Shown here one piece after another: positions 12,420 to 24,204 of a DNA stretch of 64,000 nucleotides. Position 1 is the stretch's first letter, and each line of letters opens with the position of its first letter. The DNA is from Mustelus asterias (taxonomy: Eukaryota), in assembly GCF_964213995.1 (NCBI RefSeq), contig NC_135830.1:8060001-8124000 (forward strand), read 5' to 3'. A program made the position numbers and the translations under genes. Below the pieces are notes generated by a model, which searched no databases, had not been told where the DNA came from, and saw only the letters and a list, made by a program, of their open reading frames with translations.

Positions 12420-13172
12420 CTGTGGATTACAGGATCCACCCTGTGGATTACAGGGGCAAAGGTAGGGTTCTGAAGACTGTGGAGGAACAGAGAGATCTTG
12501 GGGTCCATATCCACAGATCTCTAAAGGTTGCCACTCAAGTGGATAGAGCTGTGAAGAAGGCATATAGTGTGTTAGCTTTTATTCACAGGGGGTTGGAGTT
12601 TAAGAGGCGTAGGGTTATGCTACAACTGTACAGGACCTTGGTGAGACCACATTTGAAATATTGTGTGCAGTTCTGGTCACCTCACTATAAGAAGGATGTG
12701 GAAGCGCTGGAAAGAGTGCAGAGGAGATTTACCAGGATGCTGCCTGGTTTGGAGGGTAGGTCTTATGAGGAAAGGTTGAGGGAGCTAGGGCTGTTCTCTC
12801 TGGAGCGGAGGAGGCTGAGGGGAGACTTAATCGAGGTTTATAAAATGATGAAGGGGATAGATAGAGTGAATGTTCAAAGACTATTACAAGTCTATTACAA
12901 GGGGGCATAACTATAGGGTTCGTGGTGGGAGATATAGGAAGGATATCAGAGGTAGGTACTTTACGCAGAGAGTGGTTGGGGTGTGGAATGGACTGCCTGC
13001 AGTGATAGTGGAGTCAGACACTTTAGGAACATTCAAGCGGTTATTGGATAGGCACATGGAGCACACCAGGATGATAGGGAGTGGGATAGCTTGATCTTGG
13101 TTTCAGATAAAGCTCGGCACAACATCGTGGGCCGAAGGGCCTGTTCGGTGCTGTACTGTTCTATGTTCTATG
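12420..13172 (+). mobile_element. 5'-truncated CR1 LINE
   Basis: RDLGVHIHRSLKV...LVRPHLKYCVQFWSPH...LRGDLIEVYK, followed by a (TTCTATG)n tail. Confidence 0.9.
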
Positions 13173-13956
13173 TCTGACAGCACCTGTAAGGAGAGAAAGG
13201 AGCTGACGTTTCGAGTCCAGATGACACTTTAACAGCGTTCATTGTGCAATTGTACTCAGTATTTGTTTCAATATTTAGTCTCAATGCATGATTTAACACT
13301 TATGTATTCATTGAATTGAATGTCCCTGAAATTGAATATCATAGAATTGCAAATATAACGGACCAACAGGAATCGAGTCACCGGGTAATATAGATCACAA
13401 TTTTGAGATTGACCATAGCGAACTACATTTAAACAAAGTGAACTACATTTAAATGGACGAGATTGAAGAATTATCTGTTATTGACACTTGAGTCATTTTA
13501 ATTCTGGGCGTGAAACTTTCAGGCGGATAAATTCCGGTCATTTAAATGAAAGTCCAGTAGATCCGCACTGAGTCTCGATTTCCTCATCTGAGTGTGTTTT
13601 CCCCCTATTTCTTTGTTTTGAAGAATAATTTAATAAATATTCTTCTGGGAAATGTGCGCCATTCACTTGCCGTTCACTTACCGTATCACTTGTGTCAGTC
13701 CCCTAGAGCACATACTACCATTCGAAAAGTTCCAGATGGTGATTAGCTACGTTAATCTGCACCTATACACTCTTTAAATTCTGTTGCAGACTGAACGTGA
13801 TGCGAATATGTGCACAGTTCAAAATCGAAATGTTTCTTTCCTGTCAGTTCGTCAAAAAGCTATCAACATTCTTATTTTACAGGAATAATTTGAGGCCGAG
13901 GTCAGCGCAAAGATCATCTGGCTGGAACATCAAGATTCGGATAATGTTCAGCAACG

Positions 13957-16900
13957 AAGGTCTAATACAGATAGGAAATATACAGTAAATGGCAGCACCC
14001 TTAAGAGTATTGATAGGCAAAGGGATCTTGGTGTACAGGTACATAGGTCACTGAAAGTGGCAATGTAAGTGGAGAAGGTTGTCAAGAATGCATACGGCAT
14101 GCTTGCCTTCATCGGCCGGGGCATTGAGTTTAAAATTTGGCAAGTCATATTGCAGCATTATAGAACCTTAGTTAGAACATAGAACAAAGAACATTACAGC
14201 GCAGTACAGGCTCTTCGGCCCTCGATGTTGCGCCGACCAGTGGAACCAATCTAAAGCCCCTCTAATCTACAATATTCCAATGTCATCCATATGTTTAAGA
14301 CCATAAGACCGTAAGACATAGGAGCGGAAGTAAGGCCATTCGGCCCATCGAGTCCACTCCACCATTCAATCATGGTTGATTTCAACTCCATTTACCCGCT
14401 CTCTCCCCATAGCCCTTAATTCCTCGAGAAATCAAGAATTTATCAATTTCTGTCTTGAAGACGCTCAACGTCTCGGCCTCCACAGCCCTCTGTGGCAATG
14501 AATTCCACAGACCTACCACTCTCTGGCTGAAGAAATTTCTCCTCATCTCTGTTCTAAAGTGACTCCCTTTTATTCTAAGGCTGTGCCCCCGCGTCCTAGT
14601 CTCCCCTGCTAATGGAAACAACTTCCCTACATCCATCCTATCTAAGCCGTTCATGATCTTGTAAGTTTCTATTAGATCTCCCCTCAACCTCCTAAACTCC
14701 AATGAATATAATCCCACGATCCTCAGACGTTCATCGTATGTCAGGCCTACCATTCCTGGGATCATCCGTGTGAATCTCCGCTGGACCCGCTCCAGTGCCA
14801 GTATGTCCTTCCTGAGGTGTGGGGCCCAAAATTGCTCACAGTACTCCAAATGGGGCCTAACCAGTGCTTTATAAAGCCTCAGAAGTACATCCCTGCTTTT
14901 GTATTCCAAGCCTCTTGAGATAAATGATAACATTACATTTGCTTTCTTAATTACGGACTCAACCTGCAAGTTTACCTTTAGAGAATCCTGGACTAGTACT
15001 CCCAAGTCCCTTTGCACTTTAGCATTATGAATTTTGTCACCGTTTAGAAAATAGTCCATGCCTCTATTCTTTTTTCCAAAGTGCAAGACCTCGCACTTGC
15101 CCACGTTGAATTTCATCAGCCACTTCTTGGACCACTCTCCTAAACTGTCTAAATCTTTCTGCAGCCTCCCCACCTCCTCAATACTACCTGCCCCTCCACC
15201 TATCTTTGTATCATCGGCAAACTTGGCCAGAATGCCCCCAGCCCCGTCATCTAGATCGTCGTTAATATATAAAGAGAACAGCTGTGGCCCCAACACTGAA
15301 CCCTGCGGGACACCACTTGTCACCGGTTGCCATTCTGAGAAAGAACCTGTTATCCCAACTCTCTGCCTTCTGTCTGACAGCCAATCGTCAATCCATGTTA
15401 GTACCTTGCCTCGAATACCATGGGCCCTTATTTTACTCAGCAGTCTCCCGTGAGGCACCTTGTCAAAGGCCTTTTGGAAGTCAAGATAGATAACATCCAC
15501 TGGCTCTCCTTGGTCTAACCTATTTGTTATCTCTTCAAAGAACTCTAACAGGTTTGTCAGGCACGATCTCCCCTTACTAAATCCATGCTGACTTGTCCTA
15601 ATCCGACCCTGCACTTCCAAGAATTTAGAAATCTCATCCTTAACGATGGATTCTAGAATTTTGCCAACAACTGAGGTTAGGCTAATTGGCCTATAATTTT
15701 CCATCTTTTTTCTTGTTCCCTTCTTGAACAGTGGGGTTACAACAGCGATTTTCCAATCCTCTGGGACTTTCCCTGACTCCAGTGACTTTTGAAAGATCAT
15801 AACTAACGCCTCCACTATTTCTTCAGCAATCTCCTTTAGAACTCTAGGATGGAGCCCTAATAACCATTTGAATGCTCTTAATGTTGACGAGTCCACTACT
15901 GCTGCAGGCAGGGCATTCCACGCCATTACCACTCTCTGAGTAAAGAACCTACCTGTAACATCTGTCTTATATCTCTCACCCTTCAATTTAAAGCTATGTC
16001 CCCTCGTGCAAGCCATCGTGGTCCGAGGAAAAAGGCTCTCACTATCCACCCTACCTAATCCTCTGATCATCTATTATGCCTCTATTAAGTCACCTCTTAA
16101 CCTTCTCTCTAACGAAAACAACCTCAAGCCCCTCAGCCTTTCCTCATACGATTTTCCCACCATACCAGGCAACATCCTGGTAAATCTCCTCTGCACCCTT
16201 TCCAACACTTCCACATCTTTCCTATAATACGGCGACCAAAACTGTACGCAATACTCCAAATGCGGCCACACCAGAGTTTTGTACAGTTGCAGCATGACCT
16301 CCTGGCTCCGAAACTCAATCCCTCTACCAATAAAAGCTGACACACCGTACGCCTTCTTAACAACCCTATCAACCTGGGTGCCAACTTTCAGGGATCTATG
16401 CACATGGACACCTCTGTTCATCCACACTACCAAGTATCTAACCATTAGCCCAGTACTCTGTATTCCTGTTGGGCCACACTTGGAATGTAGTGTTCAATTC
16501 TGGTCGCCACACTACCAGAAGGATGTGGAGGCTTTGGCGAGGGTACAGAAAAGATTTCCCAGGATGTTGCCTGGTATGGAGGACATTAGCTATGAGGAGA
16601 GGTTGGAGAAACTTGGTTTGTTCTCACTGGAGTTTGAGGGGAGACCTGATAGAAGTCTACATGATTGTGAGAGGCATGGAGAGAGTGGATAGTCAGAAGC
16701 TTTTTCCCATGGTGGAAGAGTCAATTACTAGGGGACATCTGTTTAAGGTGCGAGGGGCAATGTTTAAATGAGATGTACGAGGCAGATTTTTTACACAGAG
16801 AGTAGTGGGTGCCTGGAACTCGTTGCCGGGGGAGGTAGTGGAAGCGGATATAGTCGTGACTTCTAAGGGGCGTCTTGACAAGTACATGAATAGGATGGGA

Positions 16901-17017
16901 ATAGAGGGTTATGATCCCCGGAAGGGTAGGGTGTTTTAATGAACTCGGGCAGGATGGTCGGTGCAGGCTTGGAGGGCCGAAGGGCTGTTCCTGTGCTGTA
17001 ATTTTCTTAGTTCTTTG
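13957..17017. mobile_element. Three-level nested CR1 insertion
   Basis: The outer + strand CR1 is split (13957-~14174 and ~16468-17017). The middle - strand CR1 is split (~14175-14295 and ~15855-16467). The inner young CR1 spans 14296-15852. Confidence 0.8.
14296..15852 (-). mobile_element. Young CR1 LINE copy (5'-truncated, open RT frame)
   Basis: Uninterrupted RT frame (LHPRVLKE...PQGSVLGP...FADDTK...ERAGKWS) with a (TCTTATGG)n tail. Near-identical to 29902-32190. Confidence 0.95.
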
Positions 17018-17066
17018 TACTGAAATCATACAGATTTCCACACCCTGAATTAGAAAACTTAATGAA

Positions 17067-17139
17067 TATTTCTGCCCGGTTTTGAACTGGGAACTTTGCG
17101 CGTGTGAGGTGAACGTGATAACCACTACACTACAGAAAC
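17067..17139 (-). pseudogene. tRNA-Val(CAC) probable pseudogene
   Basis: Reverse complement GTTTCTGTAGTGTAGTGGTTATCACGTTCACCTCACAC...; two anticodon-stem mismatches and one T-stem mismatch. Confidence 0.8.
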
Positions 17140-17798
17140 GGGTGACAGAAATGACAGCAAATCCGCCTCTCTGCAATGTTCAATTGTGCTGTCTAAGGAA
17201 GCACTGATTTGTGCTCAAACATTAATGCTTCATTCTTACCTTCCTGCGAATAATTTCAACCAAATATACTCAATATTTGTTTCATAGAATCATAGAATCA
17301 GTGCAGAAAAGGCCAATCGGCCCAACGAATCAGCAGCGACGCCAAAGTATCGTATCCAGGCCATTTCCCCCGTTTTCCCCACAACGCTACTCCTTTCCCA
17401 TGGCTAATCTATGTAACCAAGGGGCAATGTAGCATGCCCAATCCACCTTGGATCTTCATTCAATCTTCAATATCAACAGAGTTATTTAATATATATGTCC
17501 AAATTCTGAATTTAACATCTCTGGAATATACAATCGGTCTGACTGCATTGTTCAGCTCCGCTCTTTTGCTGCAGATTCGAATGGTTGGACTGAGAGTCCA
17601 TGTACCTCAGTGCAAGAAGACAACCGCTCCTTTCAACGTGATGTCTCAACTTGTCTCGAATTTCAAAATTTAAAAGCGTTCTTCGGACAAATGTCAAAGG
17701 GAGCAAAGATTTCTGCTCAATCATGAATGCATCATTCTCATATTAAGAAGTTTAACAACACCAGGTTAAAGTCCAACAGGTTTATTTGGTAGCAAAAG

Positions 17799-17843
17799 CC
17801 ACACAAGCTTTCGGAGCTCTTAGCCCCTTCTTCAGGTGAGTGG
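17799..17843 (-). ncRNA. Minimal type I hammerhead ribozyme motif in PLE terminal repeat
   Basis: Reverse complement CCACUCAC-CUGAAGA-A-GGGGCU(AAG)AGCUCC-GAAA-GCUU-GUGUGG: CUGANGA and GAAA cores, a 6-bp stem II, a palindromic AAGCUU stem III and stem I CAC/GUG. Confidence 0.75.
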
Positions 17844-20800
17844 GAATTCTGTTCACAAACAGAGCTTATAAAGACACAGACTCAATTTACATGAATAATG
17901 GTTGGAATGCGAATACTTACAACTAAATCAAGTCTTTACGAAACGAAACAATGTGAGTGGAGAGAGCATCAAGACAGGCTAAAAAGATGTGTATTGTCTC
18001 CAGACAAGACAGCCAGTGAAACTCTGCAGGTCCACGCAACTGTGGGAGTTACAAACAGTGTGACATGAACCCAATATCCCGGTTGAGGCCGTCCTCGTGT
18101 GTGCGGGACTTGGCTATCAGTTTCTGCTCAGCGACTCTGTGCCGTCGTGTGTCGCGAAGGCCGCCTTGGAGAACGCTGACCCGAATATCAGAGGCCGAAT
18201 GCCCGTGACCGCTGAAGTGCTCCCCAACCGGAAGAGAACAGTCTTGCCTGGTGATTGTCGAGCGGTGTTCATTCATCCGTTGTCGCAGCGTCTGCATAGT
18301 TTCCCCAATGTACCATGCCTCGGGACATCCTTTCTTGCAGCGTATCAGGTAGACAACGTTGGCCGAATTGCAAGAGTATGTACCGTGTACCTGGTGGATG
18401 GTGTTCTCACGTGAGATGATGGCATCTGTGTCGATGATCCGGCACGTCTTGCAGAGGTTGCTGTGGCAGGGTTGTGTGGTGTCATGGTCACTGTTCTCCT
18501 GAAGGCTGGGTAGTTTGCTGCGGACAATGGTCTGTTTGAGGTTGTGTGGTTGTTTGAAGGCAAGAAGTGGGGGTGTGGGGTTGGCCTTGGCGAGATGTTC
18601 GTCTTCATCAATGACATGTTGAAGGCTCCGGAGGAGATGCCGTAGCTTCTCCGCTCCGGGGAAGTACTGGACAACGGAGGGTACTCTGTCCACTGTGTCC
18701 CGTGTTTGTCTTCTGAGGAGGTCGGTGCGGTTTTTCGCTGTGGCGCGTTGGAACTGTTGATCAATGAGTCGAGCGCCATATCCTGTTCTTATGAGGGCAT
18801 CTTTCAGCGTCTGGAGGTGTCTGTTGCGATCCTCCTCATCCGAGCAGATCCTGTGTATACGGAGGGCTTGTCCGTAGGGGATGGCTTCTTTAACGTGTTT
18901 AGGGTGGAAGCTGGAGAAGTGGAGCATCGTGAGGTTATCCGTGGGCTTGCGGTACAGTGAGGTGCTGAGGTGACCGTCCTTAATGGAGATGCGTGTGTCC
19001 AAGAATGCAACCGATTCCAGAGAGTAGTCTATGGTGAGCTTGACGGTGGGATGGAACTTGTTGATGTCATCATAGAGTTGTTTCAGTGATTGTTCACCAT
19101 GAGTCCAAAGGAAGAAAATGTCATCGATGTATCTAGTGTATAGCATCGGTTGAAGGTCCCGTGCGGTGAAGAAGTCTTGTTCGAACCTGTGCATGAAGGT
19201 GTTGGCATATTGAGGTGCGAATTTGGTCCCCATGGCTGTTCCGTGTGTCTGGATGAAGAACTGGTTGTTGAAGGTGAAGATATTGTGGTCCAGGATGAAG
19301 CGGATGAGATGTAAAACTGCATCTGGAAACTGGCAGTTGTTGGCGATGAGCACTGAGGCCGTTGCAGCAATGCCATCGTCATGGGGGATGCTGGTGTAGA
19401 GTGCCGAGACATCCATTGTGACGAGGAGCGCTCCTGGTTCAACTGCTCCATGTGTGCCGAGTTTCTGTAGGAAGTCCGTCGTGTCGCGACAAAAGCTGGG
19501 GGTTCTTTGTACAATGGGTTTCAGGATGCCCTCGACATAGCCGGAGAGGTTCTCGCACAGGGTCCCATTGCCCGATACGATGGGACGGCCGGGTGTGTTC
19601 GCCTTGTGTATCTGCGGGAGGCAGTAGAGATCTCCAACGCGGGGAGTACGTGGGATGAGAGCACGGAGGGTTTTCTGAAGGTCCGGATCAAAGGTCTTGA
19701 TCAGAGTGTTGAGTTGACGGGTGTGTTCTTTGGTCGGATCTGCAGGTAACTGTCTCGTTGTTGAGTTGTCGGTACACTTCTTTGCAGTAATCCGTTCTGT
19801 TCAGTATGACGATGGCCCCTCCTTTGTCTGCTGGTTTGATGACAATGTTGCGGTTGGTCTTGAGAGCGTGGATGGCGTTACGTTGTGCTTGGGTGATCTT
19901 CGGGGCTGTCTTGTGAGTGCGGCTGATGAATTTGGTGTTGACGCACCTCCTGACGGCTTGGGCATACATGTCAAGTCGAGGGCAGCGGCCTTCCGGAGGA
20001 GTCCAATTCGACTCTTTCCTCTTCGGATGCACTGCGGATCTCTCTGTCAGCTGTTCCGGTTCATTGGCTGTCTCATTGTGTTCGCTGTTGGCCTCTTGGG
20101 GTTTGTGGAAGAACTCCCTCAGCCTCATTCGCCTGATGCTGAAAGATGCCCTCATAAGAACAGGATATGGCGCTAGACTCATTGATCAACAGTTCCAACG
20201 CGCCACAGCGAAAAACCGCACCGACCTCCTCAGAAGACAAACACGGGACACAGTGGACAGAGTACCCTTCGTTGTCCAGGACTTCCCCGGAGCGGAGAAG
20301 CTACGGCATCTCCTCCGGAGTCTTCAACATGTCATTGATGAAGATGAACATCTCGCCAAGGCCATCCCCACACCCCCACTTCTTGCCTTCAAACAACCAC
20401 ACAACCTCAAACAGACCATTGTCCGCAGCAAACTACCCAGCCTTCAGGAGAACAGTGACCATGACACCACACAACCCTGCCACAGCAACCTCTGCAAGAC
20501 GTGCCGGATCATCGACACAGATGCCATCATCTCACGTGAGAACACCATCCACCACGGTACATACTCTTGCAATTCGGCCAACGTTGTCTACCTGATACGC
20601 TGCAAGAAAGGATGTCCCGAGGCATGGTACATTGGGGAAACTATGCAGACGCTGCGACAACGGATGAATGAACACCGCTCGACAATCACCAGGCAAGACT
20701 GTTCTCTTCCTGTTGGGGAGCACTTCAGCGGTCACAGGCATTCGGCCTCTGATATTCGGGTAAGCATTCTCCAAGGCGGCCTTCGCGACACACGACAGCG

Positions 20801-21095
20801 CAGAGTCGCTGAGCAGAAACTGATAGCCAAGTTCCGCACACACGAGGACGGCCTCAACCGGGATATTGGGTTCATGTCACACTATTTGTAACTCCCACAG
20901 TTGCGTGGACCTGCAGAGTTTCACTGGCTGTCTTGTCTGGAGACAATACACATCTTTTTAGCCTGTCTTGATGCTCTCTCCACTCACATTGTTTCGTTTC
21001 GTAAAGACTTGATTAGTTGTAAGTATTCGCATTCCAACCATTATTCATGTAAATTGAGTCTGTGTCTTTATAAGCTCTGTTTGTGAACAGAATTC

Positions 21096-21140
21096 CCACT
21101 CGCCTGAAGAAGGGACTTAGAGCTCCGAAAGCTTGTGTGG
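21096..21140 (+). ncRNA. Minimal hammerhead ribozyme motif (second PLE arm)
   Basis: CCACUCGC-CUGAAGA-AGGGACUUAGAGCUCC-GAAA-GCUUGUGUGG; one mismatch in stem II relative to the left arm. Confidence 0.65.
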
Positions 21141-21764
21141 CTTTTGCTACCAAATAAACCTGTTGGACTTTAACCTGGTGTTGTTAAACTTCTTACCAGA
21201 CTTAACTAACCCATTAGAAATCCATTCAATAATTCCATTCTCACAAACTCATTAATTATTCTCTCAGACAGTGAGTGAGACAGGGAAAAGCAGCAATCTT
21301 CCAGCCCCCACTCTCCAAACATCCCCTGCCAGCAAAAAGGACTGACGACTTAGCTGTGTCTGTTTTTTATGAAATGGTGAAGAGTAAATTTTTAAAATTT
21401 CGATTGATACCCAATTCAGTTCACATTTAACAATAAACTTGAATTCGGAAACTTCAGCGCAGTGAGTTTTGACAACATTTCTGCCCCGTTTAGCGCCTGG
21501 GACCTGCGCAAATATGAATAGAATGTGATTATCCCTTCAATACACAAAGTCCGCTCAGGATAAAAGCGACTAGATGGTCAAACAGTGCCGTCTGATTTAA
21601 CTTTATAACCTGATTTGTGGAAGTACATTTCGGCTAAAAACCCTTTTTCATGCGGCAGCGAAATTCATCTAACATTAGAATCAGTAAATGACATTTGTGC
21701 CATTTTTTCTCTTTTACCATGTCTGGGTGGGCGTGGGGGGGGCGGTTGGCGGTAGGGGGGAGGG

Positions 21765-22035
21765 TGGTTGCACTGTGGAACAGTCGTTAACACTGCCATC
21801 TCACAGTGCTAATGATCGATTCCTGGATTGGGTCTCTGTCTATTTGACGTTTGCACTTTCTCCCCGTGTTTGCATGAGTTTCCTTTGAATCGTCCGGTTT
21901 CTTCTCACAGCCGGAAAGACGTGCTGGTTCGGTGCATTGACCCGAACAGCCGCCGGAGTTTGGCGACCAGAGAATTTGACAGTGTCTTCGTTACAGTGTT
22001 AATGTAAGCCTTACATGTGACTAATAAATAACTTT
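21765..22035 (+). mobile_element. tRNA-derived SINE (HE1/V-SINE-like), decayed
   Basis: gcactgtggaacagtcgttaacactgccatctcacag...tttgcactttctccccgtg...ctaataaataa, related to 1327-1630. Confidence 0.65.
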
Positions 22036-22181
22036 ATTTTAACTGAGCATTTTGCAGAATATCATTTCACACTTGGGAAGTGCAACTGCAGTTAGACTGA
22101 GAGATAATGTTTTCTTTCAATATTTAATAACAAAAGAAAATGAGGTAACGTTTCCTCACACTGAGAGATGAGTCAGTTAGT

Positions 22182-22385
22182 TTCCTATTTCATACAGGAA
22201 ACCTTTCATATGTTAGGTGAATGTATAAAACACCACACTTCAGAAACTCTGAAGTACAATCAAGCTGCACGGTTCGACACTCCAGTCTGTTGCAGAGTTG
22301 GAGAGCATCGTTTATGTCTGTAATAATTATCACATTCACCTAAACACACGAAAAATTCCCGATTCGGAAACGGGAGGAAACATTT
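22182..22385. pseudogene. Divergent pair of highly decayed tRNA-Val relics
   Basis: Minus-strand ...atgttaggtgaatg...caccacacttcagaaac, and plus-strand gtttatgtctgtaataattatcacattcacctaaacac...gggaggaaaca. Confidence 0.5.
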
Positions 22386-22594
22386 TTAGATACGTTTCAC
22401 CTCGGAGTGAGGGAAATGGAAATAATTCACGTTTATTGCTGAATATTAGTTGAATACAGTAACTTACACGATGTTACATTTCGCCTTCCCGTCCACATTT
22501 CTGTACACACTCAAACCCGACAGAATATCTTTAACTGGTTCCCGTTTCCAGCTCTGTCAGTTCAGAAAGCTTCTCTCAAACTTCCACATTCGGG

Positions 22595-22850
22595 CTTTTT
22601 CTTTTGGTCATTCGTGAAACACTGGCGTCGCTGGCCAGCATTTAATGCCCATCCCGAGTTGAGTTGCAAGCATATTGCTGTGGTTCTGGAGTCACAAGTA
22701 GGCCAGGCAAGAACAGCAGATTTCCTTCCTAAAATACATAAGTGAAGCATATGGGTTCCTCCAACAGTCGGAAATGGTTTCATGGTCATCAATGCGTTCT
22801 CAATGCCAGATTTTTCAAAATTGAATTCAAATTCCACGACCGACCGTAAT
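22595..22850 (-). mobile_element. Shark SINE fragment (Deu/SacSINE-like)
   Basis: ggcgtcgctggccagcatttaatgcccatccc...attgctgtggttctggagtcac...; the related motif recurs at ~47140-47240. Confidence 0.5.
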
Positions 22851-22883
22851 CGCTGGTAGCGTGAAAGTAACACGTACAGCACC

Positions 22884-22980
22884 TGCTCCAGGTGAGCCTC
22901 GAACTCACAAAACCTCGGCATGGCCCCCTCGCTGTACTGCTATATAAGTACCGCGCGCTAACCGATTGCGCCACTGGAGC
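22884..22980 (-). tRNA. TRI-TAT: tRNA-Ile(TAT) with 21-nt intron (22922-22942); 2-nt insertion in variable loop
   Basis: Reverse complement GCTCCAGTGGCGCAATCGGTTAGCGCGCGGTACTTATA[TAGCAGTACAGCGAGGGGGCC]ATGCCGAGGTTTTGTGAGTTCGAGGCTCACCTGGAGCA. Confidence 0.88.
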
Positions 22981-23920
22981 ACTGTGCTAAAACGATTTTT
23001 GTCAGATTATTAAAGACTTCTACAGTGTCACCTCCGTTAACAACAATCATTCGAGGCAACATAGACGGGGAACAAACGCATCAATGATTCTCTCTTCCCC
23101 GGCTCCACAGTAAGAGAGACAGGGACAAGCAGCAGCATTTTACCCCGCATTCTCCAATCATCCATCCGCTGCCAGCAGAAAAGCGGCGACTGCCGCTTCA
23201 ATTCGTGGGTTACCGCCCATCCCTGGGACAGAAGATTCAACTCCGTTCAAACCTCGCAATACACCGAACACAAGCTCAGCAAAACGTTTATGGATTATAT
23301 CCCGCTCACTGAACCTTCGAGTATCATTTAAACAGTATCCGAGTGAGTCACAAACAATATTCAAACCAACTTTCCAAAACGTTTCAGTAGTAGATTCCTC
23401 CATTTGATTGAAAAGCTGAGTGTTGTGAATCTGGAAATGAACACCATGGGGTTTATGTTACCCAGTGACTATTAGTCCGTCAGGTTTCCAATTCCATTTG
23501 AGTTGTATATTGAAGCGAATCTCATTTCAAAATGAGGAGAAAACAAGGAAAATATTAAATCTTGGAACAAATCCTGAGAGAAATGGGTCACAATATTTGG
23601 ATGCAGGTGCAGCTGTGAATGGTGTTATTGATGATTGAGTGGATACTATTGGATCCTTGGGCTTCTGGTGGTCAGTTCCCTTCCCTCCCGTTGAATTCCT
23701 CCCTGTGATAAGAGACATGGATTCATTTTACCTACACGTTCATAGGAAAAAGAGAATAACCAACACACTACAGAAATGCTGCGGGATCAACGTCACCAAA
23801 GAGACTTATATAGAATTCTAAACGGTGCGGTCATGCTGCAGTTCTGGAACAGGTTTTGCAGAAAGAGAATTGTGCTTATTGACACCTTAGCTTAGAATAT
23901 CGTTAGCAGTTGCTGTCTGA

Positions 23921-23994
23921 GTCTCTGTGGCGCAATCGGTCAGCGCGTTCGGCTGTTAACCGGAAGGTTGGTGGTTCGAGACCACCCAGGGACG
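23921..23994 (+). tRNA. TRN-GTT: tRNA-Asn(GTT)
   Basis: GTCTCTGTGGCGCAATCGGTCAGCGCGTTCGGCT-GTT-AACCGGAAGGTTGGTGGTTCGAGACCACCCAGGGACG, with TTTT at 24000-24003. Confidence 0.93.
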
Positions 23995-24204
23995 GGTGAT
24001 TTTACTGTTTTCTCACCATCTGCATTCATAGGCAAACATTTGTGTGTTGGCAATGGGTCCGTGGTGGTCAATAAAAAATAGCTCTCAAGTGTTACCGGCT
24101 GTACTGTTATCTGTTGTCACCAACATTATTGAATGACTATTGACTTCAGACATATTACATATAATATTATATACATGCTTCCATTATACCATTAAGCTTA
24201 AAAA

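Larger units (their letters stand above)
5170..17740 (-). repeat. Tandem array of ~1.25-kb units each carrying a tRNA-Val pseudogene (6 units, interrupted by CR1 insertions)
   Basis: The unit landmark aaattctgttg...gaacgagatgcgaatatgtgc recurs near 5180, 6430, 8025, 9220, 11800 and 13780. tRNA-Val copies start at 5412, 6660, 8259, 9451, 12022 and 17067. Confidence 0.9.
17744..21196 (-). mobile_element. Penelope-like element (RT + GIY-YIG endonuclease) with ~1.06-kb inverted terminal arms
   Basis: ORF 18049..19416 has PLE RT motifs (MDVSALYTSIP, QTHGTAMGTKFAPQYAN, YTRYIDDIF) and a GIY-YIG domain (NVVYLIRC...WYIGET...LRQRMNEH...GLN). N-terminal part in ORF 19688..20182, frameshifted. 20134-21196 is an inverted copy of 17744-18808. 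Confidence 0.95.

Noticed and set aside
14382-16070. 562-aa ORF as a single gene
   Set aside because: It is a chance fusion of two nested CR1 elements at ~15852, not a host gene.
19917-20891. Stand-alone GIY-YIG endonuclease gene
   Set aside because: It is the inverted duplicate arm of the Penelope element, and its N-terminus is antisense PLE sequence.
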